A stretch of 27,711 nt of DNA from a virus (Duplodnaviria; Caudoviricetes), in the IMG/VR virus record IMGVR_UViG_3300011335_000269, positions 1-27,711 of that record; one strand, 5' to 3'. This document shows positions 24,753 to 27,711 of this stretch, piece after piece. The position numbers were made by a program, and so were the translations under genes. The stretch's first letter is position 1. The number at the start of each line of letters is the position of its first letter. The notes beneath the pieces are model-generated. The model was not told the DNA's origin, searched no databases, and worked only from the letters and a program-made list of their open reading frames with translations.

Positions 24753-27217
24753 TGTTTAGGCTTGTTTTGTTGTGATCTCAGCTGGGCTGTGGTCTTGGCC
24801 AAATCCAAATTCATTCGCGTTCTTTCCATTGTTCTTTGCTGCTCTAGAGACATTCTTTGCTGCTCCAAAGAACCAGACTGCTTGGACATGTCTGCTTGGA
24901 TGCGGGCAAAGTCGACTTCTTTTTGATTGGCAATACGGGTGGACTCGTTTGCAATCTGGGCCTGCTTGGCTTGGGCGTCGAGCTGTGCCTTCTGCTCCTT
25001 GATCTGCACATCCTTTTCTTTGATCTGCAATTCTTTCATCTGCATCTGTACCAAAGGATCTTTGGCCTGCTCTTGCGCTTGTGCCTGTGCAGCTTCGCCT
25101 TTGTTCTCTTGCAGCAGCTGTTGACTGGCCGTAGCAATAAGCTTGGAAAGCTCGGCTTCAACTTCTGGCGGCAATTGATCTTCAGGGTTAGGCATGGTGA
25201 CGCCCATCTGTCGTTCAATCTCATTGCGATAGTGAAACCCGAGGTGTTCTGCGATGTGTCCCTGCAAAGCCGCCATGATCTGGTTGGCTTGTGGGTTCTG
25301 GCCAATTGTCTTAGTGATGTTGGGGTCTTGCATGAATGACTGGTGAACCATGATGTGGGCGTCGTGGTCTTGATAGATAAACGCCTTCATGGGTTTACCC
25401 TTGAGCGCGTTCATGTTCTCGGTCACTGGGTCTTTGGGTTTCTCATCATCTTCCAAGGGAACCAGCTTCTCTGCATTTTTAATACCCAAGACATCAAGCA
25501 TCTGGCGGTGCAGCTGCGGGAGGTCATAGATCTGCGGGGCTTGTTGGGATAGTTGAATAACCGCCTGGTACTGGACAATCTTCTGCGCCATGGTGGCCGC
25601 GTTGGGATCGCTAACAGGAATGACGTCAACCAAATCGTAGTCAGCGCGCTTGGCAGTTTTCTTACCCTCAACCGGCTCATAGGAATAGTCGGGCGGCGTG
25701 TAGTCTCTGATAATGTCTCGGAGCAAACACAACTCTTGTTTGAAAGAGTAGTGGATACGCGCCTGTACGGCAGTCATGACTTTAAGTGAGCGCTCAAGAA
25801 TAGCCAGCGTAGTTCCCACCGGTGAGTTGGCCGACATATCCGCAACTTGGATGTCAGCAGCCGAGGCAAAGCGACGGCCTTCGTCAACAATCTTGTCAAG
25901 CAGCGCAGCCAGAACCTGGCTCGGCTCCTTGTAGGGCAAAGCCATGATGTTGTCTTTGATCGCTCCGCTTGGAACGTCAACATCGCGCCATTCACCCGGC
26001 CCGATAGGTGTATCGTCCCCTTTTGTCCTAAGACCGCGAGTCTTAAAGCCGCCTGGAAGGTTGGATAAAGTACCGGCGTCCACCAGCTGGCGCAGGATAG
26101 AGGTTCCAGACTTGGCAAAAGCGCCAATCAAATGGATCAGGCCAAAACAATAGAAGCCAAACCCTGGAACATATCCATAATGGACGTAATGCTGGCGCTT
26201 GGTGTTTTTCTTGTCCTCTGGACGCCAATTCCGGCGGATGGCCAAGCATTTCTCGCTCCCTTTTTCAATGGTAACGATATAAGGGAGTGCAATTCCGGTG
26301 GGTTCGCCGTCTTCATCTTCGTGTTCATGGCCTTCTAGGTCCAAGTTCACATTCATCTCAAGAATCTTGTACCGGTCGTCTGTAGTAGCCCGAAATCCCA
26401 TTTTTTCGGCAATTTTCTTCTCTACTTCGTCTAGATTGTTCTCTGGTTCACCCAGGTCTATGTCTATATAGAAGCCATCAACCTGTAATTTGCGCAATTC
26501 GTTCTCTGTTTTGCGCATAACATGGGTGACACGGTCGGATGTTTCGATATCCGAAGCACCATAAGGCACAACAATGTCCTCTGCTGGCACAAAAATCGAC
26601 GTTTGTCGGTCTTTTACGGGGTCAAAGTACACTTTCTTGAACGCATTACCCGATAAACCCAAGCCCCACAGCATTCTTTCGTGCTCTGGGCGGAACTCAA
26701 CCATACGATCAGTCAGCTCGTAGTTCATATCATCTTGAACTCGAGTGGCTGCATCCTTTTTTTCCGGTGTTTCTTTGCCAATAATCTGTGTTTTTACCGG
26801 TCCAGCAGCCGGAAAAGTGCTCATCATGATCTCAGCCTGGAACTTTACCAATGCTTCAGATAAAAGCGGGTGATAAACACCGCAAGCACCAATCCAAGGG
26901 TCTGCCCGCTCTTCTATTTTCATGCCCAGGAGCTCAAGACCGTCAACATAGGTCTGCATCCAGTCTTTTCTGGAAGCTACGTCGTCCTCGTAGTCGGCTA
27001 ATAGGTCAGAGACTATCTCTTGGATGACGTCGTCGGGTAAAGTCTCGGCCAGGTTTTCATCAAACGTGTCGTCCTCCTCCGCGCCCAGCGATATCTCTGT
27101 ATCGCCTATCTTTATATTGAGCTCTTCGGGGTCGACAACTTCAATTTCAATGTCAGGCTCACCTGCGTCTAGAGTTTCTAAACCAGCCGGTGCTTCGTAT
27201 AGGCTTTTGTCAATCAT
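24749..27217 (-). CDS. Portal protein (P22-like, with Gln-rich C-terminal coiled coil), 822 aa
   Basis: Follows terminase; GNAFKKVYFD, FYCFGL, PYKEPS, PVGTTLAILE; long helical tail. Confidence 0.9.
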   Translation of the reverse strand: MIDKSLYEAPAGLETLDAGEPDIEIEVVDPEELNIKIGDTEISLGAEEDDTFDENLAETLPDDVIQEIVSDLLADYEDDVASRKDWMQTYVDGLELLGMKIEERADPWIGACGVYHPLLSEALVKFQAEIMMSTFPAAGPVKTQIIGKETPEKKDAATRVQDDMNYELTDRMVEFRPEHERMLWGLGLSGNAFKKVYFDPVKDRQTSIFVPAEDIVVPYGASDIETSDRVTHVMRKTENELRKLQVDGFYIDIDLGEPENNLDEVEKKIAEKMGFRATTDDRYKILEMNVNLDLEGHEHEDEDGEPTGIALPYIVTIEKGSEKCLAIRRNWRPEDKKNTKRQHYVHYGYVPGFGFYCFGLIHLIGAFAKSGTSILRQLVDAGTLSNLPGGFKTRGLRTKGDDTPIGPGEWRDVDVPSGAIKDNIMALPYKEPSQVLAALLDKIVDEGRRFASAADIQVADMSANSPVGTTLAILERSLKVMTAVQARIHYSFKQELCLLRDIIRDYTPPDYSYEPVEGKKTAKRADYDLVDVIPVSDPNAATMAQKIVQYQAVIQLSQQAPQIYDLPQLHRQMLDVLGIKNAEKLVPLEDDEKPKDPVTENMNALKGKPMKAFIYQDHDAHIMVHQSFMQDPNITKTIGQNPQANQIMAALQGHIAEHLGFHYRNEIERQMGVTMPNPEDQLPPEVEAELSKLIATASQQLLQENKGEAAQAQAQEQAKDPLVQMQMKELQIKEKDVQIKEQKAQLDAQAKQAQIANESTRIANQKEVDFARIQADMSKQSGSLEQQRMSLEQQRTMERTRMNLDLAKTTAQLRSQQNKPKQ

Positions 27218-27225
27218 GATCGTCC

Positions 27226-27711
27226 TTAATAATAAGCCATCTTGCGTCTAAACTTGAGAGGCTCGTCTTCCTCGTCTGTCTGTAGACGCAAAAATCCACC
27301 CTTTCTGAACCTGATCAGCGCTTGTGTGCTGGAGTCAACCAAGTCATCGTGGTCCGAGTTTGGAAAGGCGGCCATCTCTTCTATCAGCTCGTCTGCCCAT
27401 CTTGTTGCTGGCGCCCAGACCTTCCCACTTGCAAACAAATCAGATACAGAATTGATCCTGACCATCTTATCATTACCCCTGCTTGGCGTAAACTCTTGCA
27501 CGGGGATCCCCATTGCCCTTAATTCAAATATCAACGGAGCGCCAGAAGCTTTGGCTTCAACGATAAATGCATCCGGCTCCCACTCCTTGTAGTAGTTAAA
27601 CGCCTTCTCTTTCAGCTCTGGGAATTCCATGCGCTTCTTAAATGCATCGAGCAAAATCACATTGGGATCATTGGCGTTCTCGTTTAGATAAAACACCCCC
27701 CAGGTCGTACA
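27226..27711 (-). CDS. terL: Terminase large subunit, C-terminal nuclease domain (partial)
   Basis: IVEAKASG, DKMVR, FPNSDHDDLVDSSTQA motifs; frame open to the right edge. Confidence 0.92.
   Translation of the reverse strand, partial: CTTWGVFYLNENANDPNVILLDAFKKRMEFPELKEKAFNYYKEWEPDAFIVEAKASGAPLIFELRAMGIPVQEFTPSRGNDKMVRINSVSDLFASGKVWAPATRWADELIEEMAAFPNSDHDDLVDSSTQALIRFRKGGFLRLQTDEEDEPLKFRRKMAYY

Larger units (their letters stand above)
1..27711 (-). mobile_element. Tailed phage (podovirus-like) structural/late gene region
   Basis: Co-oriented, tightly coupled genes in the order terminase, portal, scaffold, capsid, adaptors, fibres, lysis, nozzle, ejection proteins; no host housekeeping context, integrase or att site visible. 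Confidence 0.95.

Noticed and set aside
1-27711. tRNA, rRNA, integrase, IS elements or prohead protease
   Set aside because: None recognised; intergenic gaps are too short apart from 20854-20984

Overview
The whole window is the minus-strand virion morphogenesis region of a tailed dsDNA phage. Gene order resembles short-tailed P22/podovirus-type phages, probably from an aquatic proteobacterial host (inference). Read right to left: terminase large subunit (partial), portal, GroES-like co-chaperonin, scaffold (broken by a 1-nt frameshift), capsid-associated genes and major capsid protein, a cluster of small basic proteins sharing 'xxxGG' and 'DGxAxRGKTxG' motifs, two adaptor-like proteins, tail fibres, a 7-repeat beta-propeller, a lysis cassette (3-TM holin plus M15 peptidase), a tail hub/nozzle protein, a needle-like protein, and ejection-type proteins. 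The main anomaly is a tightly coupled three-gene lipid-chemistry module inside the tail-to-ejection operon: an acyl carrier protein (DSL serine), a FabB/F-like ketosynthase with an intact Cys-His-His triad, and a 144-aa putative GNAT-like protein. It sits directly upstream of a 612-aa ejection-like protein that starts Met-Gly plus an amphipathic helix, which suggests a phage-encoded system for fatty-acylating a virion protein (hypothesis). Also notable: a promoter embedded in the capsid terminator that would transcribe a doubly pseudoknotted, RBS-sequestering leader, and a probable ATT start codon in the lysis cassette. All family calls come from motif recognition by eye; no searches were run.
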